The translations under genes were made by a program, and so were the position numbers. The notes beneath the pieces were generated by a model that saw only the letters and a list, made by a program, of their open reading frames with translations, was not told the DNA's origin and did no database searches. DNA of 41,366 bases. Source: Clostridia bacterium (GTDB lineage Bacteria > Bacillota > Clostridia > Oscillospirales > CAG-272). Location: positions 1 to 41,366 of the forward strand of contig JAFZRM010000024.1 of NCBI GenBank assembly GCA_017619885.1. Reading direction: 5' to 3'. This document shows, one piece after another, positions 17,237 to 26,951 of the stretch. Position 1 is the first letter of the stretch. Every line of letters begins with the position of its first letter.

Positions 17237-18103
17237 ATGAATACTGTAAAGATCATAAATCCCGCCGCGGGCAAGGGAAAAGCGGTCAAAGAAATCTCGG
17301 ACGACTGTAAATACTACGTCAGCAAAGGCGTCGGCGACGTTGAAAGATACGTAACGCAAACGCTTCTTAAAGAACCGTACACGCACTTTATAATCTGCGG
17401 CGGCGACGGAACGATAAACGAAGCCGTGAACGGCGTGATCGCAGCCGGCGCCGGCGAGACCGCCGTGCTTTCCGCGATAGGCGACGGCACCGGCAACGAT
17501 CTGCTCCGGTATGAGAGCGGATCGAACGAACCCGTCAGATGCGACGTGATCAAGTTCAACGACAGATATTATATAAATATCCTCAATATCGGCTTTGACT
17601 GCACGGTCGTTCAGAAAACGGAGTACTATAAGAAAAAGCCGCTCATAACAGGCAGCTTTGCGTATATCTGCGGTGTCGTCAATACGTTTGTCGGAAATTA
17701 CGGTCTCGGGATAACCGTCAAAGTGACGAAGGAAAACGGTGAAGAAGAGATCTTCGACGGAGAATACATGCTCTGCGTCGCTGCAAACGCGAGATATTAC
17801 GGCGGTGGATTCAAGCCCGCGCCCCTCGCGGATTTGACCGACGGATTGATCGATGTGCTCCTTGTCAGAAAAGTCCCGCGCAAAAGATTCCCGTCCGTTA
17901 TCGCAGCCTACAAAAAGGGCGAGCATATGGATAAAGAGACCGGCGACGTGGTGGAACGCTTCAAAGACATAATGACGTACCGCCGTTGTACGAAGCTCAG
18001 CATCAGCGGAATGGAGAGTTTATGCGCGGACGGCGAGATCTCGAAATGCAGCAGCGTGCAGATCGAAATAGTACCTAAAGCGGTAAATTTCCTGTTCAAA
18101 TAA
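17237..18103 (+). CDS. Diacylglycerol/lipid kinase family protein (YegS/DAGK)
   Basis: IINPAAGKG, GGDGTINE, GTGNDL, YYGGG, DGE motifs; alternative GTG start at 17231. Confidence 0.9.
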   Translation: MNTVKIINPAAGKGKAVKEISDDCKYYVSKGVGDVERYVTQTLLKEPYTHFIICGGDGTINEAVNGVIAAGAGETAVLSAIGDGTGNDLLRYESGSNEPVRCDVIKFNDRYYINILNIGFDCTVVQKTEYYKKKPLITGSFAYICGVVNTFVGNYGLGITVKVTKENGEEEIFDGEYMLCVAANARYYGGGFKPAPLADLTDGLIDVLLVRKVPRKRFPSVIAAYKKGEHMDKETGDVVERFKDIMTYRRCTKLSISGMESLCADGEISKCSSVQIEIVPKAVNFLFK

Positions 18104-18141
18104 AAAAGTTTCCGGGGAACCGAAGTTCCCCGGGATTTTTT
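18102..18141. terminator. Bidirectional intrinsic terminator
   Basis: A-tract, TCCGGGGAAC-CGAA-GTTCCCCGGG, T-tract between convergent genes. Confidence 0.85.
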
Positions 18142-21100
18142 ATTTTATCTCAAAACAGTATTGTCCGCTTCCGAGCCTTATTGTGACGATGCCGTTTTCC
18201 GCCGATACGACGGTCAACCCTGCCGCCTCCGACAACGGTTTTCCGCTCTCGGTAACAGATCCCGCGTCTGCCGCCGGCAGATAAAGCGTCGCAGTCGTGT
18301 TCGCGGGCACGGCGCATTCATACATTTTGATAACATCGCCCTCGGCTTTCCATGCGCTCTTGATAAGACCTCTTATCGATTCGTACTGTCCGCTGACTTC
18401 GGTTATTCCTCCGCCGCATAACGGCTCAAGGAAGAAGTGAGAGAAGCCTGGCGCGTTTTCGTCGCACGTTATTCCGACGAGAGTGGAATAGATCCATTCG
18501 GTGACCGAGCCGTACGAATAGTGGTTGAACGAGTTCATTCCGGCGTCGCCGAAGCCGTTCTCGATCGTATAGCTGTTCCAGCGCTCCCAGATCGTCGTCG
18601 CGCCCTGCAGTATCGGATATTTCCACGACGGATATTCCTCCTGTTGAAGCAGTGCGAACGCTGTCTCGGTATAACCGTACTTGCAGAGCATCGGAAGCAG
18701 GATCGGGCAGCCGATGAATCCGGTAGTCAGCTTGTTGCCGTTGTGGACTATTTTTGCGTTGAGCCTGTCGGCAAGCGCCTGACGGTTTTCTTCCGGAACT
18801 ATATCGAAAGCGAGGGCTACGAGATACGCCGTTTGCGTATCATGCTTCAGTTTACCGCTCGACGAAAGGAAATTCTTCGTCCACGCCTCGCGATACTGAC
18901 GCGCTTCATCGGCGAATCTCGTAGCGTCGCTGCTTCTGCCGAGCAGCGTCGCCATCTTTTCAAGAATATCCATAACGCGGATGCAGTACGCCGTATCCGT
19001 GACCGAGACGGGAGTCGACTCTCCGATCGACAGCCAGTCGCCGTAAGCGCTCCTGCTCCTGATATGGTTGTTGCTCGTCGTCGTCAGATACCGGGCGTAG
19101 CGCTTCATATTGGAATAATACTTTTCAATATAGGAGATGTCGCCGTATCTGACGTACATGATCCACGGGATGATTACGCCCGCGTCGCCCCAGGCGTTAT
19201 TGCCAGAGCCCGTATACTGCGCTCTGTTCGTCTGCGGCGCCACGTCGGGATATGATCCGTCGGACCTCTGAGCGTCGTTTAAATCGGTTATATACTTGTC
19301 AAAGAACGTTTTCACGTTCATGTTGTATGCAGCGGTGCCGCAGAAAATCTGCGCGTCGCCTGACCAGCCCATGCGCTCGTCGCGCTGCGGGCAGTCAGTC
19401 GGTGTGGAGAGGAAGTTGCCGCGCTGACCCCAGTATGTATTTGAAATCAGAGCGTTTATCAGCGTGTCGGAAGTCGTTATGCTGCCGGTGTCTTCCATAT
19501 AAGAGTAGAGAACGAGCGCTTTTACGTCCGAAATATCCGGGGCCTCGCTTAAGCCCGAGATCTCCATATATCTGAATCCGTGATAGGTGAATACGGGGGA
19601 GTAGATCTCGCCGTTCTCATCGCCCTTTAGGATGTATTCGTCCGTCGCCTGAGCGGAGCGGAGGTTCGCGGTGTAAAGCGTGCCTTTCGCGCCGTCGCTT
19701 CCGCTGCTGCCGTCGTTCAGCATTTCGCCGTGGCGCAGCGTCACTTTCGTTCCGGCTTTGCCTTTCAACTTGACCGACGCCACGCCGGTGAGATTCTGTC
19801 CGAAATCGTATATGAACGTAGTCTTGCCGACTTTGTTGAACGATTTCGCAGTCACGGTGTCCATGACCTGTACGGTTCCGGAAAGCTGCGGGCACAAAGT
19901 ACCGACGCCGAGCGTTTTTGCCGTCGTCACACTTACTTTGTCCCAGTCGCCGGCGTCGTAGCCGGCATCTGTCCAGCCGTCTTTTTCTTTTCCGGCGTCG
20001 TAGTGTTCGCCGTTGAAAATATCGTCGTACGTTATCGGACCGTCGGTCGTAACAGACCATTTATCGTCGGAGCACACGTGCTGTCTCGTGCCGTCCGCGT
20101 AATCAATCACGAGTTTGCAGATGAAGGCTGGAACCGTCGCGTTATAAGGCGAATAAGCGCCTATATACCAGCCTCTGCCGAGCATCGCGCCGATAGCGTT
20201 CGTGCCCGTCTTGATCTGATCCGTCACGTCACAGCACTGATACATTATGCGTTTGTCGTATTCGGCACGCCCGGGATCGAGCGCGCTGTTTCCGGATTTG
20301 ACGCCGTTAACGTACGCTGCGTATAAACCAGCCGCCGACGCGAAAAGTTTAGCCGAAACGACGCCTTCGCCGACTTCGAACTCACGCCGCAGCATCGGCG
20401 CGCTCTTGTCTGCGTTGCCGACGCTGACCTGCTGGTTCCACGGACTGCCGCCGTAGCCTGTCACGGAATTAACTTTTGCGTAACCGGTTTCGCTCGCGTC
20501 AGGTTTATACCATTCGGCATCGTATTTTTCCGTGCCGAGCCAGTCTCCGTCCGAGACGATCACTTCGGAGCTGCCGTCGGCGTATTTGATCAGAAGCTTG
20601 ACGATCGCGGCGCCGTATCCGTATTCACCGTTTATTATCCGGCACGCGAGCAGGTTTTTGCCCTGTTTTATAATTTCAGTCACGTTTGCCGAGCCGGCGT
20701 GCTGCCAGCCGCCCTCGCGTGTGATCGTGACCGTTTTCTCACCGTTCACGTACAGCTCGCCGTAATCGTCCGCGGTGAAAATGACCGCGGCGTACGTGAC
20801 GTCTTTGTTGATATCAAAGCTGTATCTGAAATACTCCGTCTTTTCCGGGATCGTGCCCTGAGAATCGTCGTTCAATAGCCAGATCCAGTTCGATTCGTAG
20901 AAGTTGACGATATTCGAGCCTTCAGTGTTTTCGGTGATCCACGACGCGCCGCTGAAGCCGTTCTCTGTCAGTGCGGTGACGAAGGATGACGGCGCCGATT
21001 CGGCGGAGTTTCCTTTATTATCCGTCACCGTGACGCTCCAGTAGTATCTGACCGCTTCTTTAAGCTCTCCGCCGCATTCTATGAGCGTGCAAGCGTCGGA

Positions 21101-21442
21101 GATAACGACGCCCGAATCCCAGACGAGGTCGGCTGATGAAAGCTTGTCGGCAGTCTCCGCGACCTTTACGCGGTAAGAGCTCTGCACGGTCCCGCGGACG
21201 TTGGAGGCGATGACCCACGATAACATGGGCTGACCTTCTACGCAGCAAGGCTCTTTTTCATAATTCACGCGCAGCGAGCCGACCGCGACTCCGTCGCCCA
21301 CAGGTACCGGAGCGTCGTTATCGGTCTGACTTTCCGGCGCGGTAGTTATTGTACCGGTCGTATCTTCGCCGTTTCCGCCGCAGCCGGCGATCGCAGCCGA
21401 AACGAGCAGCAGCGCGAGGAGAAGAGAGAGCAGTTTTTTCAT
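18140..21442 (-). CDS. GH78 alpha-L-rhamnosidase, lipoprotein
   Basis: Lipobox IAGC; DFGQN, FTYHGFRY, PTDCPQRDERMGWSGDAQ, GATTIWERW, MNSFNHY. Confidence 0.92.
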   Translation of the reverse strand: MKKLLSLLLALLLVSAAIAGCGGNGEDTTGTITTAPESQTDNDAPVPVGDGVAVGSLRVNYEKEPCCVEGQPMLSWVIASNVRGTVQSSYRVKVAETADKLSSADLVWDSGVVISDACTLIECGGELKEAVRYYWSVTVTDNKGNSAESAPSSFVTALTENGFSGASWITENTEGSNIVNFYESNWIWLLNDDSQGTIPEKTEYFRYSFDINKDVTYAAVIFTADDYGELYVNGEKTVTITREGGWQHAGSANVTEIIKQGKNLLACRIINGEYGYGAAIVKLLIKYADGSSEVIVSDGDWLGTEKYDAEWYKPDASETGYAKVNSVTGYGGSPWNQQVSVGNADKSAPMLRREFEVGEGVVSAKLFASAAGLYAAYVNGVKSGNSALDPGRAEYDKRIMYQCCDVTDQIKTGTNAIGAMLGRGWYIGAYSPYNATVPAFICKLVIDYADGTRQHVCSDDKWSVTTDGPITYDDIFNGEHYDAGKEKDGWTDAGYDAGDWDKVSVTTAKTLGVGTLCPQLSGTVQVMDTVTAKSFNKVGKTTFIYDFGQNLTGVASVKLKGKAGTKVTLRHGEMLNDGSSGSDGAKGTLYTANLRSAQATDEYILKGDENGEIYSPVFTYHGFRYMEISGLSEAPDISDVKALVLYSYMEDTGSITTSDTLINALISNTYWGQRGNFLSTPTDCPQRDERMGWSGDAQIFCGTAAYNMNVKTFFDKYITDLNDAQRSDGSYPDVAPQTNRAQYTGSGNNAWGDAGVIIPWIMYVRYGDISYIEKYYSNMKRYARYLTTTSNNHIRSRSAYGDWLSIGESTPVSVTDTAYCIRVMDILEKMATLLGRSSDATRFADEARQYREAWTKNFLSSSGKLKHDTQTAYLVALAFDIVPEENRQALADRLNAKIVHNGNKLTTGFIGCPILLPMLCKYGYTETAFALLQQEEYPSWKYPILQGATTIWERWNSYTIENGFGDAGMNSFNHYSYGSVTEWIYSTLVGITCDENAPGFSHFFLEPLCGGGITEVSGQYESIRGLIKSAWKAEGDVIKMYECAVPANTTATLYLPAADAGSVTESGKPLSEAAGLTVVSAENGIVTIRLGSGQYCFEIK

Positions 21443-21452
21443 TCGTTACACC

Positions 21453-24071
21453 TCATCTTTGGGTTTCGTTTTTGTTCATCGCGGACACGGGAGACATCGT
21501 GACGAGCCTTATGAGCGGGATCGTTATCGCGGCCGCCGTTATCAGGACCGCAGTGACCGCCATCAGAAGCAGCGTTCCGGGATTGATCACGAGCGAATAG
21601 AAATGATACGTATAATCAGCCGATATGACCGCGTTGATGACCGGGAACAGTATGAGCACGAGTATCATCGCCGTTATCAGCGAAACGCCGGTTATAAGCC
21701 CGCCTTCTATGCCGAACGCCTTGAACGCGTCGATGCCGCGCGCGCCCATGCCGCGCAGGATGCCTATCTGTCTGCCTTCGAGTTTCACGGACGATGAAAT
21801 GAACGAGAAGAGAAGCAGAACCGCGACGATCGATATCATCACGAGGATGTCGGTCAGAGTCTTCGTAAACAGACCGAGCGTACCGATATAAGTCTGATAG
21901 TCCTTGTAGTATTTCGTATCCGGACGCGCGCCGACCGTGCGAAGCTGTTTCAGCAGCCTGATGTTGCCGCTGACGCTGTCCTTCTGTGGAACGAGCACGT
22001 TATAAACCGGAAGCGCGTCCCTGATAAACGACAGATATTCTTCCGTGCTGACGTAAAGCACGGACGCGGTGCCTTCGCATACGGCGGAGATGTGCATACC
22101 GTTTACGGGAAGGCTCGTCTTGCTTCCTTTGGTCGAGCTGTCTTTTGCCTGGATTATGAGATAACCGTTGTTTTCGCGGTTGAACTGTCCGAGCTTTTCC
22201 TTGATTGTCTCGCCGTCCGTCGCGGCGCCGGGGAAAAGCTTTGAATACAGCGCGGTATCTATTATGAACCCGCCTTCGCCGTCGTTATAAACGGCGTTGT
22301 TCGCGTACGCGGAATCGGCGACCGCCGATATCCTCATCGTCCGCGTCCCGCTGATGCAGTCGGCCGACGCGGCTATCGTGTGCGTGGCGGAGATAAGCTC
22401 GTCGATATAATTTCCGGTAACGTAGACGAATCCGTCGCCCGTCGCGAGGCTGTCTTCGTAATCTTCGGGCAGCTCGCTGTACAGATATCCGGCGTTCTTT
22501 CTCATAAGATCCGCTTTGTAGTACAGGGTAAGATCCGCCTTTTTGACGCCGCATATCTTGAACGTGCAGCCCGCGTATACGAACGTTTTTCCAATCAGAT
22601 CCGCATAAGAGTTGACGCCCTTGTACGCGTTCACGTCGAGCATGAACTGGGCGGCGACGGCGGAGACGACCGCGTCGCCGTACGCGGACGGCAGAGAACC
22701 CGTTTCGAGATCTTCAGATTTAAGCACGTTTTCGCCCGAAGGCACGATTCCGTAGAAATTCTTGAACGTATCGTTATCGGTCGGTTTGTAGCTTTTTCCG
22801 GTGTCCTTGAAAACAACGGATGCTTCGCCGAAATATACCCTGGTCACGTCTCCGACGGAAGCGGAAAGCGTGTCAAGGTCTTCGTCCGTGAATTCCTTCT
22901 CGGCGTAATACGTTCCGTCTTTGCAGACGAGGACGTTTTCGTGGCTGTCCGAGGTCATCGTCTTCGCCATCGCTCTGTCGGCGTCGTAGAATCTGAACAC
23001 TCCGACGACGGCGGCGAGGAACAATGCGAGCACGAGCATTATGACCGTCATCACGAGACGGAATTTCTTGTGCTTCAGCATCGAAAGCGACAGCCGCAGA
23101 CCGACGGAGAACGGCATGTGCGAGCCGATCAGATCTATCGGTTTCTGCGTTTCCGGCTCGGCTCTGTACGGGAAGTAATAAGTCGAATTTCCTTCCTGGC
23201 GAAGCTCCACCGCGTTTTTGACGTGGATGTTCATCGACTTTACTTTCGCCGTGTCGGATTCGTTTATTATGTACGTGTCGCGTTCGGAGCGGCCGAGTAT
23301 CGCGTTTATCTCCTCGAGCGCCTGTTCGTCGAGCTTTTTGCCGTGCGGTACGCGGACGAGCCTGTCGCCGACGGTGTCGATCGCGGGCTCGTAAAGCTCG
23401 GTCGTGCGCACGAGATCCTTGTGTATGCGTCCGTCCTTTACCTCGATGACGCGATCGCCGATCTCGTCGGCTATATCCCTGTCGTGCGTAACGATGATGA
23501 CGAGTTTGGTCTTTGAAAGTTCCTTGAATATCGAGAAAACTTCACGTCCGGTCTTCGAGTCGAGGTTTCCGGTCGGCTCATCTGCGACGATCATCTTCGG
23601 ATCTTTTACGATGGCGCGTGCGATCGCGACGCGCTGAGCCTGACCGCCGGATATCTCGTTCGGCTTTCTGTCGGCTATCTCTGTCAGTCCGAGATATTCA
23701 AGCGCCCGGGTGACCCTCTCGTCGTCCTGCTTGCTCTGCAATCCGAGCGCGAGCGCGGTATTCTGACGGAGCGTGAGAGTCGGCAGCAGATTGTATTCCT
23801 GAAATACCACGCCGACGTATGTGTTTCTGTAGGAGTCAAGCTGCGAGCGCGTGAATTTCGTGAAGCTGTTACCGTATAACAGTATGTCGCCGCGGTCGGG
23901 CGTGTCGAGCGTCGCGATCATATTCAGCAGCGTCGATTTACCGCCGCCGGAGCGGCCGACGATGAATACGAGACCGGTTTCGGGGAACGACAGGGAAACG
24001 TCGTTCAGCGCGCGCTGAGTGACGCCGTTTTTTGTTCTGTACGTTTTTGATACGTTTTTCAACTCAAGCAT
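21453..24071 (-). CDS. MacB-like ABC transporter, fused ATP-binding/FtsX permease
   Basis: Walker A GRSGGGKST, ISGGQAQR, ADEPTGNLD, IGILRGMGA; alternative GTG start at 24080. Confidence 0.9.
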   Translation of the reverse strand: MLELKNVSKTYRTKNGVTQRALNDVSLSFPETGLVFIVGRSGGGKSTLLNMIATLDTPDRGDILLYGNSFTKFTRSQLDSYRNTYVGVVFQEYNLLPTLTLRQNTALALGLQSKQDDERVTRALEYLGLTEIADRKPNEISGGQAQRVAIARAIVKDPKMIVADEPTGNLDSKTGREVFSIFKELSKTKLVIIVTHDRDIADEIGDRVIEVKDGRIHKDLVRTTELYEPAIDTVGDRLVRVPHGKKLDEQALEEINAILGRSERDTYIINESDTAKVKSMNIHVKNAVELRQEGNSTYYFPYRAEPETQKPIDLIGSHMPFSVGLRLSLSMLKHKKFRLVMTVIMLVLALFLAAVVGVFRFYDADRAMAKTMTSDSHENVLVCKDGTYYAEKEFTDEDLDTLSASVGDVTRVYFGEASVVFKDTGKSYKPTDNDTFKNFYGIVPSGENVLKSEDLETGSLPSAYGDAVVSAVAAQFMLDVNAYKGVNSYADLIGKTFVYAGCTFKICGVKKADLTLYYKADLMRKNAGYLYSELPEDYEDSLATGDGFVYVTGNYIDELISATHTIAASADCISGTRTMRISAVADSAYANNAVYNDGEGGFIIDTALYSKLFPGAATDGETIKEKLGQFNRENNGYLIIQAKDSSTKGSKTSLPVNGMHISAVCEGTASVLYVSTEEYLSFIRDALPVYNVLVPQKDSVSGNIRLLKQLRTVGARPDTKYYKDYQTYIGTLGLFTKTLTDILVMISIVAVLLLFSFISSSVKLEGRQIGILRGMGARGIDAFKAFGIEGGLITGVSLITAMILVLILFPVINAVISADYTYHFYSLVINPGTLLLMAVTAVLITAAAITIPLIRLVTMSPVSAMNKNETQR

Positions 24072-24084
24072 CTGTGCCACCCCC

Positions 24085-26784
24085 TTATATCGATCTTATC
24101 ACGTCGATCGGCTGTTTCTTGATCACGCTTCTCAGTATCGGATACGCTATGATACATAAGAAAGCGGTGAATATCAGCACCGAGATGAAAAACTCCACGA
24201 TACCGAAAGAGAACCAGGAGATCTTCTGCATCGTCAGGCTTCCGATCAGACCGTTTATGCTGTTTACGACGCGGTACGCTATTATCGCCGATATTACCGA
24301 TACGATGATATCAAGCAGACCGATCTCGATGTAGAATATCTTGACCGTGACAGCGCCGCTCGTGCCGAGACCGCGCATGATGCCGAGCTCCTTGCTGCGT
24401 TCCTTCACGAGCAGGAGCAGATAGTTCAATATTATTATGAACAGGAAGATCGCGACCACGGCGGAAAGACCGAGCAGGAATATGCTCGTTTCCTTCATCG
24501 TATCAACGCGGTCGATAACGTCTTCGAACAGCACGGAGCTGACGTCGAGACCGTTTTTGCGCGCGATCTTCATGACGTTTCTGACGTTAAGATCGCGTGC
24601 GTTGAGCATCACGGTGTCGGCTTTCAATTTGCCGTATTCGATACTGTTTTTGTAGTCTTTGCTCAGTATCAGCGTGCGATCCTCGGTCGTGTACCCGACT
24701 ACCCGGAAGGTAGCGTCGATACGGTCTTCCTCGTATCCGTACTTGTAAGACGACTGACGGTTGTATATCGTGACTCTGAAGACCAGCTCAGGCGTGGTGT
24801 CCGGCGTGTATTTCTCACCGCGCGCCTCGTATTCTTCAACCAGGATCTTCTGCAGATCGTTATACATTTCCTCAGAGATTATGATCTCGTTTTTTCCGAG
24901 CTCCCGGTCAAAAGGCATACCGTCCGGCGAATAAGCCGTCTGCAGAGACGCCGACGTATCGAGCCTTGCGACTATCTCGTCGTTATAAACGGAATAATAG
25001 CTGTCCGCAGCGGCTTTATCCATATAGATCTCAACGTATCCGCCGCTGTTGGCGTCGGCGTTTATGTAATCGATTATATCGGAAGAAAATCCCTGAGATG
25101 AGATAAGGAGCTTATATGAATTCCTTATATCGTTGCTGCTGCCGCTTATAAGCATATTGACGATGTCGGTAACGTCGCCGCCGGAATCCGTCAGTTCTTC
25201 GCAGTTCGTCTTAACGATACCGGTCACTTTTACGTCTTTGTGCTTTTCGGCGATACCGATCAGAAGATCCTTGCCCGTTATATCCTCGATCGAATCGGGC
25301 TTTATCATCACGTATTCGCCCTTATCGTTTACGGAAATGAATCCGCAGGCGAACAGATCCGCGGCGGAGACGTCGGTTATAAGGACCTCATCCTTGCCGG
25401 TCGGGTAATCGCCGCAGAGAAGTTTAAGCCCGGAATCGCCGACTTTTTCAAACTCAAGGATACCGTTGAAGACCGACTGATTTTCAAGTCCGCTTAAATA
25501 ATCGTACCAGTTGTAATAATCGATCGTGCTCGGGACCTTTAGATCGTTTACCGGGATGTACGATATGCTCGTCGAATATCTGAGCCCGGGATGATACGCG
25601 GTGAAAAGTTCAGAGATCCGCTCCGTCGTTTTTTCCGTACTGTAGCTTCGCTCGATATTGATGAAATCGAGCCCGTATTTTCTTATAGTGTTCGATACAA
25701 TCTTCGTCTCGTTCGACATGGAAAGCGCTATACCGATATTGAGCAGGGAAACGCAGATCAGCGAGACGAGCAGCGTCACGGCGAATCTGCCCTTGCGCTT
25801 TTTCACGTTCGCCGCCGCCTGTGACAGACAGTTGCGGAAACTCATCGAGGCGTGCTTGAACACCGCCGTCTTCGTCGGCTGAACGTTTTCGTAAACGTGA
25901 GGAGTGAAGTCGCCGGGGCTGTATCCCTCGTCGACATCGTCGATCGTGTCGGGATACGCGAGCACGACGTGCTGTTTATCCGTCTCGAACGTCAGATAAT
26001 TGTCGGTGTCACTGTGAAGTACGCTTTCCGTCTCCTCCATACTCAGCTTGTGACCGGCTTTTACGAAAAGGATGTTGTCTTTTATGAATTTCGTCTCCGC
26101 GTCGCCGGCTTTCTTGATCCTGTCGATGTCGCCTGTGACGACGCCGTCACGCAGGAAGATGATGCGGTCGCCGTATTTATAAGCGATCTCGCTGTCGTGC
26201 GTTACGACGATGACGAGGCGTTCTTTACTGAGTTTTTTCAGCGACACGAACAGATCGTCTCCGGTGACGGAATCGAGAGACCCCGAAGGTTCGTCCGCGA
26301 GGATCACCTCGGGGCGCTTTACGAGCGCGCGGGCGATAGCGACGCGTTGGCGCTGACCGCCGGATAACTCGGACGGTTTTCTGTATCCGAGCCCGGAAAG
26401 ACCGACGGCGGATAACGCGTCGTCGATGCTTTCGATATTCGTGTTCCCGTTCTGCAGACTGAGAGCGAGTTCGATGTTTTCGTATACCGTTCTGTTTTCA
26501 ATAATATTGAAATTCTGAAATACGAATCCGACGTATGTATTTCTGTAATCATCATATTTTTTTGAATTGAACGAAGAGAACGGTGCGCCGTCGATTATAA
26601 CGTCGCCCGAGGTCGGTTTGTCAAGACCGCCGAGTATATTCAGAAGCGTCGATTTACCGCAGCCGGATTTACCGAGTATCATCACCATACCGGTCTCGGG
26701 AAAATCGATCGTTATACCCTTCAGCGCCTGTACAGCCAGTTTGCCTTTGCCGTACGTCTTCGTTAGGTTTCTGACCTGAAGCAT
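24085..26784 (-). CDS. MacB-like ABC transporter, fused ATP-binding/FtsX permease
   Basis: GKSGCGKST, LSGGQRQR, ADEPSGSLD, ERSKELGIMRGLG. Confidence 0.9.
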   Translation of the reverse strand: MLQVRNLTKTYGKGKLAVQALKGITIDFPETGMVMILGKSGCGKSTLLNILGGLDKPTSGDVIIDGAPFSSFNSKKYDDYRNTYVGFVFQNFNIIENRTVYENIELALSLQNGNTNIESIDDALSAVGLSGLGYRKPSELSGGQRQRVAIARALVKRPEVILADEPSGSLDSVTGDDLFVSLKKLSKERLVIVVTHDSEIAYKYGDRIIFLRDGVVTGDIDRIKKAGDAETKFIKDNILFVKAGHKLSMEETESVLHSDTDNYLTFETDKQHVVLAYPDTIDDVDEGYSPGDFTPHVYENVQPTKTAVFKHASMSFRNCLSQAAANVKKRKGRFAVTLLVSLICVSLLNIGIALSMSNETKIVSNTIRKYGLDFINIERSYSTEKTTERISELFTAYHPGLRYSTSISYIPVNDLKVPSTIDYYNWYDYLSGLENQSVFNGILEFEKVGDSGLKLLCGDYPTGKDEVLITDVSAADLFACGFISVNDKGEYVMIKPDSIEDITGKDLLIGIAEKHKDVKVTGIVKTNCEELTDSGGDVTDIVNMLISGSSNDIRNSYKLLISSQGFSSDIIDYINADANSGGYVEIYMDKAAADSYYSVYNDEIVARLDTSASLQTAYSPDGMPFDRELGKNEIIISEEMYNDLQKILVEEYEARGEKYTPDTTPELVFRVTIYNRQSSYKYGYEEDRIDATFRVVGYTTEDRTLILSKDYKNSIEYGKLKADTVMLNARDLNVRNVMKIARKNGLDVSSVLFEDVIDRVDTMKETSIFLLGLSAVVAIFLFIIILNYLLLLVKERSKELGIMRGLGTSGAVTVKIFYIEIGLLDIIVSVISAIIAYRVVNSINGLIGSLTMQKISWFSFGIVEFFISVLIFTAFLCIIAYPILRSVIKKQPIDVIRSI

Positions 26785-26818
26785 GAGCCGTGTCCTTTCA
26801 ATTGCGATTTATATAACA

Positions 26819-26847
26819 AATATACCATACAAGGTTTACGATGTCAA
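26819..26847 (-). promoter_or_regulatory. Sigma-A promoter for the ABC-ABC-GH78 operon
   Basis: TTGACA (26847-26842), 17 bp spacer, TG-extended TATATT (26824-26819). Confidence 0.7.
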
Positions 26848-26889
26848 CCTTTATATGTAAACACAAACGCTACTATTAATAAAAAAGAC

Positions 26890-26918
26890 TTGTTTTTTCT
26901 TCTTTTTTGTGTTATACT
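26890..26918 (+). promoter_or_regulatory. Putative promoter for the GH78-luxS operon
   Basis: TTGTTT, 17 bp spacer, TG-extended TATACT. Confidence 0.55.
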
Positions 26919-26951
26919 TCAAACTGAAGAAATATTCGAATCGAGGCAGTT

